DNA of 64,000 nt from Kudoa neothunni (taxonomy: Eukaryota > Animalia > Cnidaria). Below are positions 39,466 through 54,108 of this stretch, piece after piece. Location of the stretch: contig OZ199839.1 in assembly GCA_964304625.1 (NCBI GenBank), positions 8,402,560 through 8,466,559 on the forward strand, written 5' to 3'. Position 1 is the stretch's first letter, and every line of letters starts with the position of its first letter. A model generated the notes under the pieces. It had not been told where the DNA came from. It did no database searches and worked only from the letters and a program-made list of their open reading frames with translations. The translations under genes were made by a program, and so were the position numbers.

Positions 39466-42400
39466 ATGAGTTTTCTTTTCCGATATCTTTTCACGGAAAA
39501 TGATCTCCACCCTAAGAACGAAGAGCCAGAAATAGACGCAGTTATAGCTTAAAGTTGCACAGGTTGAACGAAAAAATAATCTCCTATGTAGATCGAAAGA
39601 TTGTGTGACCGTTTGTCAACAGTGACATTAAGTTCGGACAAGGTGGATGCGTTGACTCAATTGCGAAAACATACTCGCGTATTTATCACTGAAAAAAATA
39701 GAAGACAACTCTCCACATAAATTAAAAATAAATTCTTGAATAGGATTCCAAGGTGGAAGTGGGAACCCGTGCAATGGACATTCTAACTACCACAATTCAA
39801 ACTAATATGTAATTAAGAGTTGTGAGGTTGATGAAAATACATCGATTTAGCTATGACGAGGATGTGGTGATGAAATCGATAGCAATCCTGTTTGAGGTGT
39901 TCAAACCGGAGATTTTGAATGAGGCTGTTCCTTCCGAATTGGGCGACCAACTCAATGATGGTCTATGGTTTCTTCCCCGCGAACGAGCCAACGTAGATGT
40001 AGGTTGTCAGTTTGGTGAGATTTTCTTGAAAAAATTAACCAACATTCAAATTTTGACCGAACTTCTCGAGGTAATCCCACACAATATTAACATCAGCAAT
40101 CAATGTATGCTCTGACTAGCTGTCCAACACACAAATTATTTATTCTACACTACGTCTATTGATTGTGTTGGCTCGTTGTCACCTGGTGCGATTACAAGAA
40201 CTCTTTCTAATGATTCCATTGAGTAACATTTTAATTTGAGATCAAAAAATCAAAAATTATCCTCATCTTATTAAGATCGTTTAAAATTTTAAATAATTGT
40301 TATACTAATTTGATATTAGTTGGAACAATAATTTTTTGTGTAGTTCTCTCCAAAGTTTCAACACTGTTGTTACATCCCAATGAGATTGTGAGAAATGATG
40401 TAATTTCAGTTTGAATAAATTTTTATTTGAATGAACACTTCGGTTAGACTCTAATGCTTTTAAGTTATTTGTCAGTGAGAAACAATTCCATTCAAGTGAT
40501 TGCAAATTATCTTAATAAATCACTTTAAAACCAATAGAAAATACTCGCCTTTGAGGGAATATTTGACCGGCTTTTCAACATAATAGAAAAAGAAGGTTTC
40601 AGTAATGGAAGTAACAGCCGTCACACTGCTTAATCAAATGATTCATTTAATTTGCTTTTATTAGCTATTGTTGTCCAGGATGCGCTACTTATAATTGAAA
40701 ATATGTTGACCGAAAATGCGTCCAATCAAATCAATTTCAAAGAATCAAAGTAAATCATAATCAATCGAATAATTGTTATAGTGATTTTAGTTATATTCAA
40801 AAGTTTGTTCCTTTTTTCGAATTTACCACTTTAAAATATGAAAAAAGTATTTTGTTGGTTTTTATTGCGTATATGAGGTTGTAAAATTTGAAATTAAATC
40901 AGTTAATTTAGAATGCATTCGAAATTTATTTGATCTCCAATTTATTTTTGATGTGCGCTTACGTGCTAATAAATCCATGTTAGTTTTGGTTTGAATTAAC
41001 GAAAATTTTTTCATACATTTAATATGTAATAACATTATCTATAATATCATAGCGTTTGCATTAAAGTTCTGTTGACCTCTAATGCTAATGGATTTGGGGT
41101 AGAAATCCACCCCAATGAAACGTTATTTATTGTGTAATTCGTTACTTATAATTTCAAACACTCTGAGATTACTTGTATTACTCCAAAATAATTTTATTTA
41201 CATACTAAAATATAAGAACAATTTTTATCTATATATTGAAATAAAATAATAATTTTTGTCTATCTTATTGGCGGAAATATACATTTTCGGTAATCATGGA
41301 ATGTGTGGCACGAAAATTTAATATTTTTGCACATGCCCCACAATCTCAATTTCACTCACCATCAACTTAGCACAATTTTTAAATATTGAGTGATGAGAAA
41401 ACAACATCGAATGAAACTCATGGTAATCCAACCTTCATTAGGAAAGACGTCCGTCTATACGGGGATAATGAACCGAAAATAAATAATATAAATACAAAAT
41501 TAATATTATTTGAGATTTAATCTAAAAGGGGATATACGATTCAAATCATTCTAATTCTCTTAGGGTTAAAAAACACTGTAAATATTATTATTAATTTTTA
41601 TACAATTAACCATTGCTTTTTTTATTTTTTATGATATAATCGTCACTTAAAAATAAGCGATATCGAAAATCGCGGTATTGATTTCAAAGTACATCGTACT
41701 GCCAAACTATCTCATCATTATCCATGTCACACCAATACCAATACAATACTCGGGATTTTCCGCTTCCAACTAGAGCATTTCATTAAACGTTCCAAAATTT
41801 CCCTGCCCCATTCAGATTACTTCACGCCCCACCGGTGAGGCGAAGGAAACACTGCCTTTTGAGATCTATTACCTAAAACGTGATTTAGCTGTAAAAATAT
41901 CAAATTCCTATTTTTTTAAATTTTTACATAGCTAAAAATTTATGTAATTACATAAAATTTAATTCAGTTATAGACTCAACTTTTTCCAAGCTAATAAATT
42001 CCTTGGTATGTAAATGAGATTATAATTTTATAGATGTATAAACTTTTATTACTAAATTAACCTTAAATTGTACATTTTGGAACAATTATTGTTTTAAAAG
42101 TAATAAACAATTCCCAACTTATCGAAAACGATACGCCACATTTGAATGAGTTCATTTGAGACCTCAAGTGAATATAGTTAATCTTTTTTTATTTTTTTGT
42201 TTATGAGAATTTTCAACAAATTAATGTAAATCGAAGCAAAAAATATTGCAAAATTTTACACCCCAATGTATATATATATATATATATATGTGGATGCATT
42301 GGATTAAGATCTATTTTGTTGAGATATGTGCTTATTCTTATTTATATAGCTGAAAATGAGGAAATAGCTATGTGGCGAAACTCGCAAATCATGAATGTGA

Positions 42401-44852
42401 CAATCGCATTAAGAGTAAACAGTTGAATCCGCTAAGTTTATTTTATTATATTTCCTAAAAGATCGTCCAAATACTTGTTTCATTTAATAACAGTCAAAAA
42501 TTACGTCAGAGTACCCAAAAAATCATCAGCCAATATGGTAATTCATAATTAAATCGATAACTTTCTTCGCGTTTCAATCATACATAGGTTTGTATGGATT
42601 GATTACAAAAATCCTTATTATCAATGATATCCCGGATAAAGTTTTAATCGAAGTATTTTTTTGTGGGAATAGTTGTTATTTATGAACCTTCTATATTATA
42701 GTGTATCTATACGGTGGGCGATCTGATGAGAACATGCCCCGAAAATCAATCCAAACTATCCAACATAATACTTCAAACGGACACAAATAACGACACTAGA
42801 AATCTTCCAACTTTTTTCCTTCTCACTATGATCAATCCTAAAGTTACATTTCCGATTCGATCAGCTTGTCTTTATGCACTCATTGTAATTGATGATTTAA
42901 TAGAAATGTTTCTATAAATTGTTAATTCAATCAGAATTACATCTATAAAAATGATCGATTCTATCGTTGTGTTGCTGGCGAACAATCCTGCGATGGAACT
43001 ACTAATAATGACGAAACGTTTGCTCACGACGAAGCTGCAAATTGTAAAAAATTCATATTTTCCGGCATATTTGGTTCGGATCCTTTTGTTGTATGGTGTT
43101 CGAGTGTATTGCTCTCCAATCTTACTTACAAGCATCCCAAATTTGTAGCTCACCTATTAAATTTACATTTCTCTAAAATAAGTAATCAAACGTGGTATGT
43201 GATATATTCAACACGTTTTTATTGTTAGCGGACAGAAAATACGTCTCACTGAGTGATACCACTAAAACCGATGCCATTGACGATGATGGTGTCACCTTGA
43301 TAAACTATTTGGTTGAACAACTTTTACAAGTCATTTTTCAGTTATTAAAATAATTCGGTAACTAAAAAATCTTTAGGATTCCCATATACAGATCAAAGTG
43401 GCTTCTCTCATCCTTCTCACCGGTTTAACGTACGAATGCGACGAATGTCTCAATGGATTTTTTGCCAATCCAAATTCTATAACATTGGTTTGTTTATATT
43501 TAAATGAGGATTTTTCCATTAGTTTTATTTAGTTGGTTTCGGGCTTGAATAATGATGAATCTATTTTCTCTTCCAAAATACTTGAAGGAATGGTTCACAT
43601 TTTTTATTCGTCTTGCTTGATTGCGTGTGATCGAATTGTGAAATTACCACCATCCAAAAACACTCCATCTCCAATTTATAGTTTGTAAGTGAAATTTTCT
43701 CATATTTGGTAGAATTATTTAAACTTTTAACAACTGTCATGGTTAGTGAACATCTTGTGAGTCTAATTAAATTGAAGACCGATCTTAAGCATTTCATTCG
43801 TAAAATCGATTCAGTCTCGAAAGATGCAGCCTTTCTGTTGGCTTCTAAATCTCCTCGAGTAGATTTATATTGCCATCTTACTATTCGCTCTAATATTTGT
43901 GTATCTAAATAGATTATTAACGCCTACCATTCTGATAATATATTATTCGATTATCGATACACCAAATTGGTTTACAAAATTGAACGTAGTTTGTTCTCCT
44001 TTTTTAGTTAATAACATTAACTGCGTTCTTCACAGATAAAATAACCGATTTGTTGCTGCCAAAAGTTAATAACCAACAACAACAGCTGCAACTTTTAGAA
44101 TATCAACAAAGAATCGAAACTCTTACCGAAGAAAACAACTCTCTTCGACAACAACTTCAATCCACTGTAATATGAAGAGAATTTGCCCATATTATCGCAA
44201 ATTTTTGTAAATATATTTGTAGTTTACCCTTTCACAACCCAGCCTCACACCACCCAACAGTCCTGTTCCTAATGAGGCGACTGCAGTAACTTATGTTGAA
44301 CCAACTCCAGTCGAATCTTCAAACAACTCTCGTAACATCTACAACACATACCCACCAATAAATCCTCAACAACCGATGTTTTCTAACAATTATTATGATA
44401 ATCCAGAGTTTAAAGAAGTCAAACTCGATTCTCCCACCCAAAATCCCTCTCCCTATAACTACTACACTAACAGTCCCACTTCACCTCCTCAAATTTACAC
44501 TCCTTATGGATATCCCACCGATGTACAAGCTACAAGCATAAACTCTAATCCACTCCCTCACAGTTCCTCCTATCCCACTACGTCTGAATATTCTTCGCAA
44601 TTTATTCGACCGAAAGATCACATGTCTCATTTAATGCCTGGCAAAGGAGTGCCCAGAGGAAGTTCCGCCACTGCTAGTTTTCCCTCAACTAACAATAACC
44701 CAAACTACAACTATCCAACTGTTTATCCATCCAATTATCGTAATTTGATAACGAATTATCACTATTATATTAATTTACTAGCTGCTACTACAAATCAGAA
44801 CAATAGTCAAACAAGCAACAACTATTATTATTACAATCCAAATCAAGGTTAA
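39466..44852 (+). CDS. USO1: general vesicular transport factor p115/USO1, multi-exon
   Basis: Exons IERLCDRL, VEVGTRAMDIL, QFGEIFLK, HPNEIVRND, IQ|KILAFEGIFDRLFNIIEKEG, IVVQDALLIIENMLTENASNQINFKE, VGDLMRTCPENQ, ILFDYRYTKLV match the p115 armadillo head. Exons between 41970 and 42700 were not fully resolved. Confidence 0.88.
41076..41565. mobile_element. piggyBac-type MITE in a USO1 intron
   Basis: TTGA-CCTCTAATG...TTAGGG-TTAA ends (family of 12433-13517) with palindrome TTGGGGTAGAAATCCACCCCAA. Confidence 0.6.
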
Positions 44853-44967
44853 ATTTTATATAGCTTCTGGAGAGGAGTTGAGCTCTTTATAACTCACCCC
44901 TATTTATTATTACACCCAACCAACACTATAATCAAACTTTTATAATTTTTAATGGTTGCTGTTTTTG

Positions 44968-45980
44968 TTAAATGTTAGCACTTTTCTTTCTATGCGAGTC
45001 CATATCGAGTTGATCCATTTCTTCTAGCATCAACCTTAAGGAATAATCATTTCCAACTAGGTAATTCATATAGAGGTCTTCCATGCTTTTTTCATGGTCC
45101 TATTTTCAGTTACACTTACATATAATAAAGTAAAACCAGCATATCACACACGTTGTCCCATCTAGAACTAGCTTTGTATTTATTGATTGGAGTTGTCGTT
45201 TTATTGTCGTGTCTGTTGATAGTAGAAGTTCTGTTTGTTTGACCCGAATGTGAGCCCAATTCGAAAAAATCATTAATGGAAATATCCTCTCCTAATCAAT
45301 TAATTTATATGAGTTTTTATTTTTGTTGTTTAGTACTTTCTGTTCCATAATTCATACGTCGAGGTTCATCGGGGTTTAAAAAACTTTTTGAATCATCCAA
45401 CGGTGGGGAATATTGAGGAATAAAACTGAATACCTCGTCAGTAATGTTGATAGGGCGTGTTTTCCTACGCTGGTCTATTGTACTCGTCGATGGCTCCCCT
45501 AAGCATGACTCGATGCACGATTCACACTCTTGCTTTAACTTGGACATTTCTAATTGAAGACTTGTCAGTTCCAAGGATAGATTTCCACGAGTAGCTCTTG
45601 CAAACTCTAGGTTTTCTCTAGATGTCAAAGAGTTAGTTTAATCTTTATGTATTTCCAAACTAACAAAAATAATTGGTTACATTTTTTTCATCACCTCACA
45701 AACTCGTTTATAGATTGTATAAAACGAGTTTTTATAGAATTCTTCCCTAAGTTGAAATTGGATTAGCTTTTTGGCTTGTTTGTCCTGCCGTTCTTTCTCC
45801 ACAAAGTTGGTCAATAGTACTTTTCTCACAACATTATGTTTTTTGGCCATAACTAAACTTAGCGTCCTGCTTGTCATCTTGCCGCCGTATAATACAGCTC
45901 CATATTCCACATACAAGATTAGTTATCATGGTGCTGATATTTTTATTTGTGATGTTTCTAATGGTATTGATGAAGTTCAT
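44968..45980 (-). CDS. uncharacterised spliced gene with a coiled-coil segment; 5' end uncertain
   Basis: Exons join in phase: ...YKRVCEVMKKI|ENLEFARATRGNLSLELTSLQLEMSKLKQEC...NYGTE|REDISINDFFELG...RWDN|DHEKSMEDLY...SANI*. Confidence 0.6.
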
Positions 45981-47799
45981 TGTTAGCCTTAAAATATTCT
46001 TAAGAGCGCATTATTTAAATTTTAATATTTTTATTATTTTTGTATTGAAATCCCTTTAAATAATATAAAAATTTTGTTAGTTCATTAATTGTGTATTATT
46101 ATATAAAATTAATAATTGTTACCATGGGTAAAATGCATTTATAGAAGTAACTATAATTAATATTAATTAAAGTTATTACGACAAAGAGTAATTTATAGTA
46201 TCCAGCGACTTTTTCACTTAGAAAAGTGACAATGTTAAATAATAGGATTCAGTTTTGATGGTAAAAATTTAATAATCTAGTTACCGGATTTTTCGTCCAA
46301 AACCGAATTGCGCGATACAGTAGTTCTTTTTACAAAGAAAACATTCGAAATAATTAACAGAGCAAAACTATTCTGACATCATGTCATGTGATATAGGTTG
46401 TGCTAAGAAATTAAAAATAAACATATATTAAAAAATAAAAGATATAAGAGTGAGTATTTTCTAATTGATTTAGCGCATGTTTATAGGAAAATCAGGTTTT
46501 GAACCTCACGAGATCCGGTAGAATTGACTCTAACTATATCCTGCTTCTAATACTTATTTCAATTTAATAAATAATTATTTATCTCGGAAAAAATTCAACT
46601 AAATATGGTCAAATGGAAGCTACTGGGAATTAAAATAAGTTCACGCATGCGTACAAGGAATGAATTTATGTTTTTGACTTGGCGGCAATGTTAAAATACG
46701 TCGCGCCGGTAAAACACCATTTTTCTTATGTTTCTTCTCTTTAAGATTGTTTATAATAAAATAAAATAATTTTGAATATTCATCGTGATAAAATTACATC
46801 TAATTTTTCACATAACCTCAGCTCGACAACAACCGTTGCATATTTAATCCATTTTTGCATTTGTCGAATATTCAATTACCTATGTACCCTAAGTATATTG
46901 TCGTCTTTTATTACACATAATTGTTGTAAATAATACTTCTACAATTAGCATACCGTAAAGAATACGCTGAAAGTGTTAGAATAAATTTCTCTCTTATAAT
47001 TCACTATTGCCTTATTTATTTTGCTATAAAAATGATTTGTGTAATTTCAACGCGTTATTTATATGTAGATAGGAAGACTTTAGTTCCTAAATTTTTATAG
47101 TAAGTTTTTATATTGAAATAAAAGAATTAGACTATTATTTTTCTATGAAATCAGGACGCCATTTTTTTAAAACGGTATTATTGATAATTTTCAAACTCCA
47201 TTTACATTTGTAATTATTGTACAACAAAATTTAATTTAAATATTAATTTTTTTAATATTATGACATATTCAGAGATCACCAGTGTACATAATCTATAAAT
47301 ATCCACAATGATAATAATTATATATTTTAGTAAACGACACTTTTATATTTATTTTATTTTTTAAATTTAAAAATATTTTTTCCTTAAAACCCAGTTACGT
47401 GTTATTTTATAATGCTTTCGCCATATTTATGAAAAACTTTAACTTTTAAATTTATTTGAACTAATAGTAATGTATTAACCTCAGGGACGAACAAATGAGG
47501 GAAGTATTATGGTTAGTTTATTAATAGTAATGCATAATATATTTTGTAATTCGTTATAATATAATTAAGCATTGTGGAAAAAAATATCTTCTTAAAAACG
47601 TAATCTCAAAGAAATAGATTTACTCGTTGAATTATATGGATATCTTCATTCGGTCGACATTCTGATAATTATTTTAGCATTAAATATTCAACAAACTAAC
47701 AGATGAAATGACAAATTTTTTAAGCTTCTTCACATGTATTTATTGATGATAACAAAGGAGAGTAATTACATAAATATGAAAATACTATTGCACATATAA

Positions 47800-48900
47800 T
47801 AAACAGAGACATGTATCTTTAACAAAAGAATATTTGTTTTCTTTAAACATATTATTCAGTAATGCATTTTTAGAACCCACGTTCGACCGAATCTATTCTT
47901 GTTGAAGATACTGAACTGAATTTTTAGTCAAAACTCCTCTTCTTATACGAAAATTTTTGTTTTTAGTCATCCCCAACATGCTTCTATTGTATTGATGTAA
48001 TGTGGGCCCCTTTCTGGCATATTCCATGGAATGATTGATTGCACTATGTCTGTAACTCATTGATTCCGAATTATTTTAGGCTGCCCATTCGTCATCGTAG
48101 ATAGAAGATTCGGGAATTACATCTGTTTGGATTATAGTAACTAAAGTCTCCCTATCCCGTCGTTTGGCGGAAAAGGTAAGAGATCCTTGGAAGAAACTCG
48201 CTATTTTTTGCTACTCAGCAGAGTGCTAGTCCAAATATCCAAGGTCCATCAACACGGCTCCTGTATCGTCGTCTCAGATTTGCATCTATATCCAGTAAAA
48301 CTATATACATAAAGCATGATCTATTACGGGAATTTTCAGATGATCCATCATCAAAAAGACAAATATTCGCTCTCACTAATATTCTCCGTAGTTTCGTTAT
48401 TAAGGTCTTTATTTAAATTCAAATTATAATTACTTGACTAAATTGATTCTTTTTTTGATACTACTGTCAATTTATCTCCTGCTTAATGATACCATCTGTT
48501 ATTTTTTCTCTTGCTGTGTAGGAGACTTTTAAAATATCCATAACGTATTCATCCCCCCGAAATAATTTTTATTTCTCACAAATGTTATCAAATAATGGAA
48601 AATATCTCATTTGGATTTAAAAAAGCCATAACGTGATAGGAAAATTAGTTTTTAGACAATTATTGCAAAACTGGGTGTGCAATCATCATCTACTAAACAT
48701 TGAACGAATGATTCTTGCACATTGGAAGTTTTGATCGGCGTTCACCACCTTTTTAATGATTGAACAAATGCTATCTTGATTTTGTCTTTAAATTCACCCG
48801 ATCGGTGATTTATGAACATCCATACACTCGGCAATTTATTCACTTGTATATTTCAGAGGCATTTCATGAGAAATCAAACAAACAATAATTACTTCTGCGA
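47800..48900 (-). mobile_element. decayed Merlin/ISXO2 transposase
   Basis: Minus-strand RRDRETLVTIIQTDVIPESSIYDDEWAA*, HSAINHS and HINTIEACWG. Confidence 0.7.
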
Positions 48901-50730
48901 ACAGAATAACTCTATTTCGAAATCTTACGTGAAATGTCACATATTTCCGTTTATTTATGTTAATTCAACTTTGATTTGGTAAGAGAGTGTTTTGATTAGA
49001 CGTATTGCCGAACGCATCTAAAAAATTGCTCTTTGATATAAAAATAATGTATTTTTATTTATAAAAAATTTACAAAAAATGTTATATCTTTTTAAAAGAT
49101 TGGTCACATTATGATTTTGAAATAATGTAAGAATTTTGATTCTTATATTTTACTTCCGCCAGTACATCTCTGACGACTCTATCAAAATTACCCGCAAGAT
49201 CGCACTATAACTACATGTGAAATTACGTATTGTAATGCAATGTCATTGTGAAAAGGTCGGTTAAAATGAAGAATAGTGGCCGCATGTACCTATTAAAGAT
49301 TATAATTAGTTCATACATTAATCCTACATATTTTAAATTAAATTAATGTGATATTTGTTGAACATTTAATGATAGGAACGAGTGAATGTCATCCAACAAA
49401 TTATTTTTTAAAATTAAATTTATTCAATCGCTATAATTAATCAGTTAATGCTGATAAAAAATATGGAAAAACCTATTCTTACAGATATGGAATTAATAAT
49501 AGGCAATCGCTAATGATGAAATATGACAATCTAAAAAGAATCGTAGTTGTCACACTCAAAGTTTGGGATAAATAACGCATCCTTTACTCGATCAATTAAA
49601 TGGTATGTATAGCTTGTGAAAATAATTACAAGGGGCTAACAGTTATTTATGAAAGATTACAGAACTATTATTGACAACAAATACAACGCCGAAAATAACT
49701 TGCTAATAATGAAACAATGATAAATACAAAAAATTAAAATAACCAACAGGTTCTTTTTCTATCGTGGTCATTAATTTGGATTACGTCCATTATTCTACAT
49801 TTTAACCAAATATTGTAACAAAAAAAACTATTTTGTAATTAACGCGAGATATGAAAAAATTTGAATACAATGGGTGACCATTCGTTCGTAATCCCATTAG
49901 GGCTAAGAAAAAATTACGATCCCGCCTGTTGTACATGTGGTTCGTAATTTCTAAGATAGCGAGCGTGGTACTAAGAAGGATACAATGCTATAAATCAACT
50001 ATAAAGATAACTTATTTAGGATAAATTTCTCAGCTATAGTAATATTTTTAAGTTTTCTGACAATTACATTGTATACTTCTCGTTCGATATCCGTTTGATA
50101 TTTATTATTATTTTAACTATGATATTTCAAGTAATGTCTTACATTAGACAAATGAGACAGGGCGATTTTGAATGGAATAATTCTTCGTCGTATGCCATCA
50201 TATTTATGAAATTTGTTGTCTATGTTACAGTTACCATCACTTATAACATCATTAATATTGGCGTAATTTTCAATATTGTTTCCGCTCCACGCCTTCGTTG
50301 GTTTTGGAAAAACATTATTATTTTATATTTCTCTTTTATAGTCATAACTCAATTTTTATTTCTGTCCCCCATTTCACCACCAATCGAAAACAAAAATCTC
50401 GACGCACCTGAAAAGTTACGAACCACACGTCGCTACAAAATAATCCAGAAAAAACCTAATTAATTAATTAAAAATATTTCATTCATATTCTTAATGGTCA
50501 AACAAATGTTTTTAAATGATTCGAGAAATAAATAACTCATTATAATCTTATGTGTACTTTAATTTTGTAATATTTCCTCAAATTACCAACCACACGTCTC
50601 CCACTGTGCTACTGTCGAGATGATGAGATCAATTCGAGAATCTCAAGATTAAATGCAAATGTGCTTAGATTAATTGCAAAAGTGCCGAGTATAAATGAAA
50701 ATCCTTATAATATAAAAGTATATAATATTA

Positions 50731-52096
50731 TTAGGTGGTTTTCAAAGGATTTTCGCAAATATTTGTGCAGTCTGTGTCATCTTTAAAATTATTCAGGTTC
50801 ATGTCTTTTCCGTTAAAAGTAAACTGTGTGCACTTTTTGGCATTAGTTGAAGTATGGTCATAAAAATATCTACTAATCTTGTATACATCAGTTCCACTTG
50901 ATTCCCCAGCTTTCGGCAGTTTACAAGCTTCCACTGCAGTTAATTGACCAATATGAGCAGCTTGATTTATATTAAATATTATTATCAATATATTTAATAC
51001 TTGCAGGACAGAAACTTGCACACAACTCAACAGAGCTAAATATGTTCAAAGCACCATCGTCAATCTGGACCCCCTCAGCTGGTGATGTTGACATGAAGGG
51101 CAAACATAATGCTTGGGTTTTATTGAAATAGTAGTATATGGAATAAGTGTTTCCGCTTTGTTGTGGCAATGCAAATTGATGTGGGCCCTCAGCATTGCAC
51201 GCTGCAACTTTTTTTTCTATTTTAGATAAATAAATTATTTATTATTTTGAAATATATACTTATGCATGTCTTCACACAGTTTGGTAAATCAGTGAAAAAT
51301 CCTCTCGTAGCAAGCTTTCCAATTGCAGCATAAACGCATCTGTTTCCTTCTTTGTGAGGAACAATCCCCATTAAGGGTGCGTCAGTTTTTACTTCGGGTA
51401 CAAATTTGCAATCGAATTCATTTGGTGTTGCTGTCATGGTGTTAGCTTCCGCTGATTGGTCCATTCGGCCGTTTTTGTTATCTGTTAGCATAAATATAAA
51501 TTAATTATAATATTATTTTTCAACATTCTCTGTAGTAATAAGAGAATTACTTTGACAAGCTTGTTTGCATTCCTCTCTGATTTAAAGTTGTTTGCGTTTC
51601 CACCACATCCGTTGTATTTAAAGCTGTGACAGAAGCCGTCTTTCCTTCAAAAGAATCCTTTTTAAAGTACCATCTTGTTAACATTCTAGTGCCGGTTAGT
51701 TCACAACCTCCATCTGCTTTTGGTAACGCACAAGCATCCGCTTGTTCTTCAGGTTTGAATTTTACTATTTCAGTATTAAACGCTAAAATAAATTTAACTC
51801 GATATACGATGCTCGTTGCAAGCAGATCTTGAAAACAAAGTTGTTGAAATTTCCAAGTGAACCAAGATAAGTAAAAGGTTTGCAAGTTGCGTCAGCTTTG
51901 TCAATATACCATCTCTCGACCTTAGCATTTGCTATTGCGGTTGCATCCGTCAACCAAGCTGGTGCTTGGCCAGCATCTTTGTCATATGAAGGCAAAGCTC
52001 TCTCTTTACAAAATAGATAAATATAAATAATTAATCAAATTAGTAACCAGCAGTAACAATCGCCCACAAAATGGAAAATAATGAAAGCACCAACAT
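50731..52096 (-). pseudogene. secreted multi-Kunitz (about 5 BPTI-like domains) gene with several frameshifts (pseudogene or consensus error)
   Basis: Signal peptide MLVLSLFSILWAIVTA. Domains RWYIDKADATCKPFTYLGSLGNFNNF, CALPKADGGC..RWYF..CHSFKYNGCGGNANNF..C..AC, YYFNKTQALCLPF..NIFSSVELCASFC, CKLPK..RYFYD..CTQFTFNG..NNF..CTNIC. At least 4 single-base shifts are needed to join them. Confidence 0.8.
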
Positions 52097-53095
52097 AGTT
52101 CACCGTAATGTAAAAAAGTCGTTTATGAATAATATTGTGTACGAATTGTCTTCGTCAAAATATATTCAGTATTCAATTAATTTATAGTTTATTAATCTAA
52201 TTGATATATTGGCGTGTATGAATGGTTATTAATGTGGATCAATAAATACGACTCATTCAAAGCAAAATTATTTTACTTGTTAGCAACGTTTACTAAAAAT
52301 TTTATGGAAAAAAATAAAATAGTATTAGAAAAATATGTAAAATAAAGCACTTGGCTTATATCATTAGAATTTAGTTTCAATTTATCAAACAACTCCATAT
52401 ATATATATATATATATATGCCATAAATCCATAAAATATTTATAATATATTTTATCATTACATTATAAAAAGTCTAGCGAAACATGAATAACGATGTTCGT
52501 TCGATTTCATTCATCCAAGTCGAAAAACTAATTAGCATAATAGTATTTTTTGGAAACAATTTTTATTAATTAAAAGTCCGTAATGTTATTTTTAACTTTA
52601 GGAAGAATACTTTAGATGTTTAAATTTTATAAAATACACTTTATTTCGTCGCTAGTTGACGGAAAGTCTTTAAAATATTTAAAAGTTAATTATCATTATA
52701 ATGAAACGAATGTATTATTTTTGAATTTTAATTTAAGTATATTTACAGATTCATTATTTAGTTACATCTTAGAATAAAATATGAAAACAAAAAATGTTGG
52801 AATATTCAACATGAATTAAGTTGTTGGATAATCACTAAAGTTATCAATGTTCATACTTTTTTAATCTTTTAAATGGGCAACATTTTATTCATTAATTTAA
52901 TTAAAATTTAATAATTATTTTCTTAGAGCGGTTATTCTAAACCAAATATAAGAATAGTCATAAAATATTTCTTAAAATTTCAATTAATGTTTAGTTTAAA
53001 ATGGACTGAAATTTGTTCGACTCATTGTTATCTTCTTCATATTTTGTACTTTAAAAATAAAAACTGGAATATTCTATTAGCTAAATTCTATTAAC

Positions 53096-53320
53096 CATCC
53101 GAGTGTCTTTGGAGTCCATTGGGTCCCAATGGATGTGTAAATAAATTTTAGAAAACCTGATTTTACATCAATGAATTAAAGATCATATTTATTCTTCTGA
53201 AAATATGAGTTCTATTAAAGTATTACAGAAAATTTAAATTTGTACGTTCATGTCACGAAATAATCAAAATACTTACACGTTCCTTCTTTTAGGGTCTAAT
53301 GGACCCAGATTTTTTACCAA
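53096..53320. mobile_element. piggyBac-type terminus
   Basis: TTAA-CC start with palindromic motifs GGAGTCCATTGGGTCCC and GGGTCTAATGGACCC. Confidence 0.4.
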
Positions 53321-54052
53321 ACAACAAAGAAAAATAATGTAAAGTAATTTTTTGAAATTAAATAAAATTTTATCGAGAGGAGGCAGAGATAATTTGGAAA
53401 ACTATGTGTTCATCAAATATGGAACATTACCGACGAATGAAATGATGCCAAAAATGGTTCTTATTGTAATATTTTGAATGAAATTGGATCCGATATTAAT
53501 TAAATTTATGATAACTATTGATAATATGGTTATTTACGCTGATCCGAAGTTTCTTAGGGTAATAAATGCTATCGAAATATATACGAACGTAAGGATGGTA
53601 TTAATTGGTTTTCTGAGGATATCCAAATAACTAAAAACTTTAAATAGAATATTTTTCAAAACCTCAAGGTTCACGTTCCTACACTTCAAACAGAATCAAC
53701 TCCACCACTGATACATTCCTAATATTTTATAGTAAGTCTTTTTCTCAACTGTTATTTCAAATACTAACAAGTTTGATAATTATAATTCTCGGACTTATTT
53801 GAAGACTTGGCAAACCAACAGTCACTGGCTTATATTGGAATCCTTTTCTATATGCTAATTGTCAGATCTAAATCATAATCACTCAAATTTCTTTGTTGCA
53901 AGTGTTGCTATTATTGTTGAAGATCTCGAGAGAGAAAAGCGAAGAAATTTTTTTGTCTGTAAAATCAGTTGTAATAAAATAAATTTGAATGTTTTTTTCG
54001 TGATATATTGTAACATTAAAAATTAAAATAATATAAATATCTCACATTTGAT

Positions 54053-54074
54053 CTATTTTGAACCAAGATATATG

Positions 54075-54108
<34 letters not shown>

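Noticed and set aside
49927-50463. Hydrophobic 122-aa ORF and inverted TGTGGTTCGTAA motifs
   Set aside because: TTG start, AT-biased composition and no splice or family support; probably repeat-derived.
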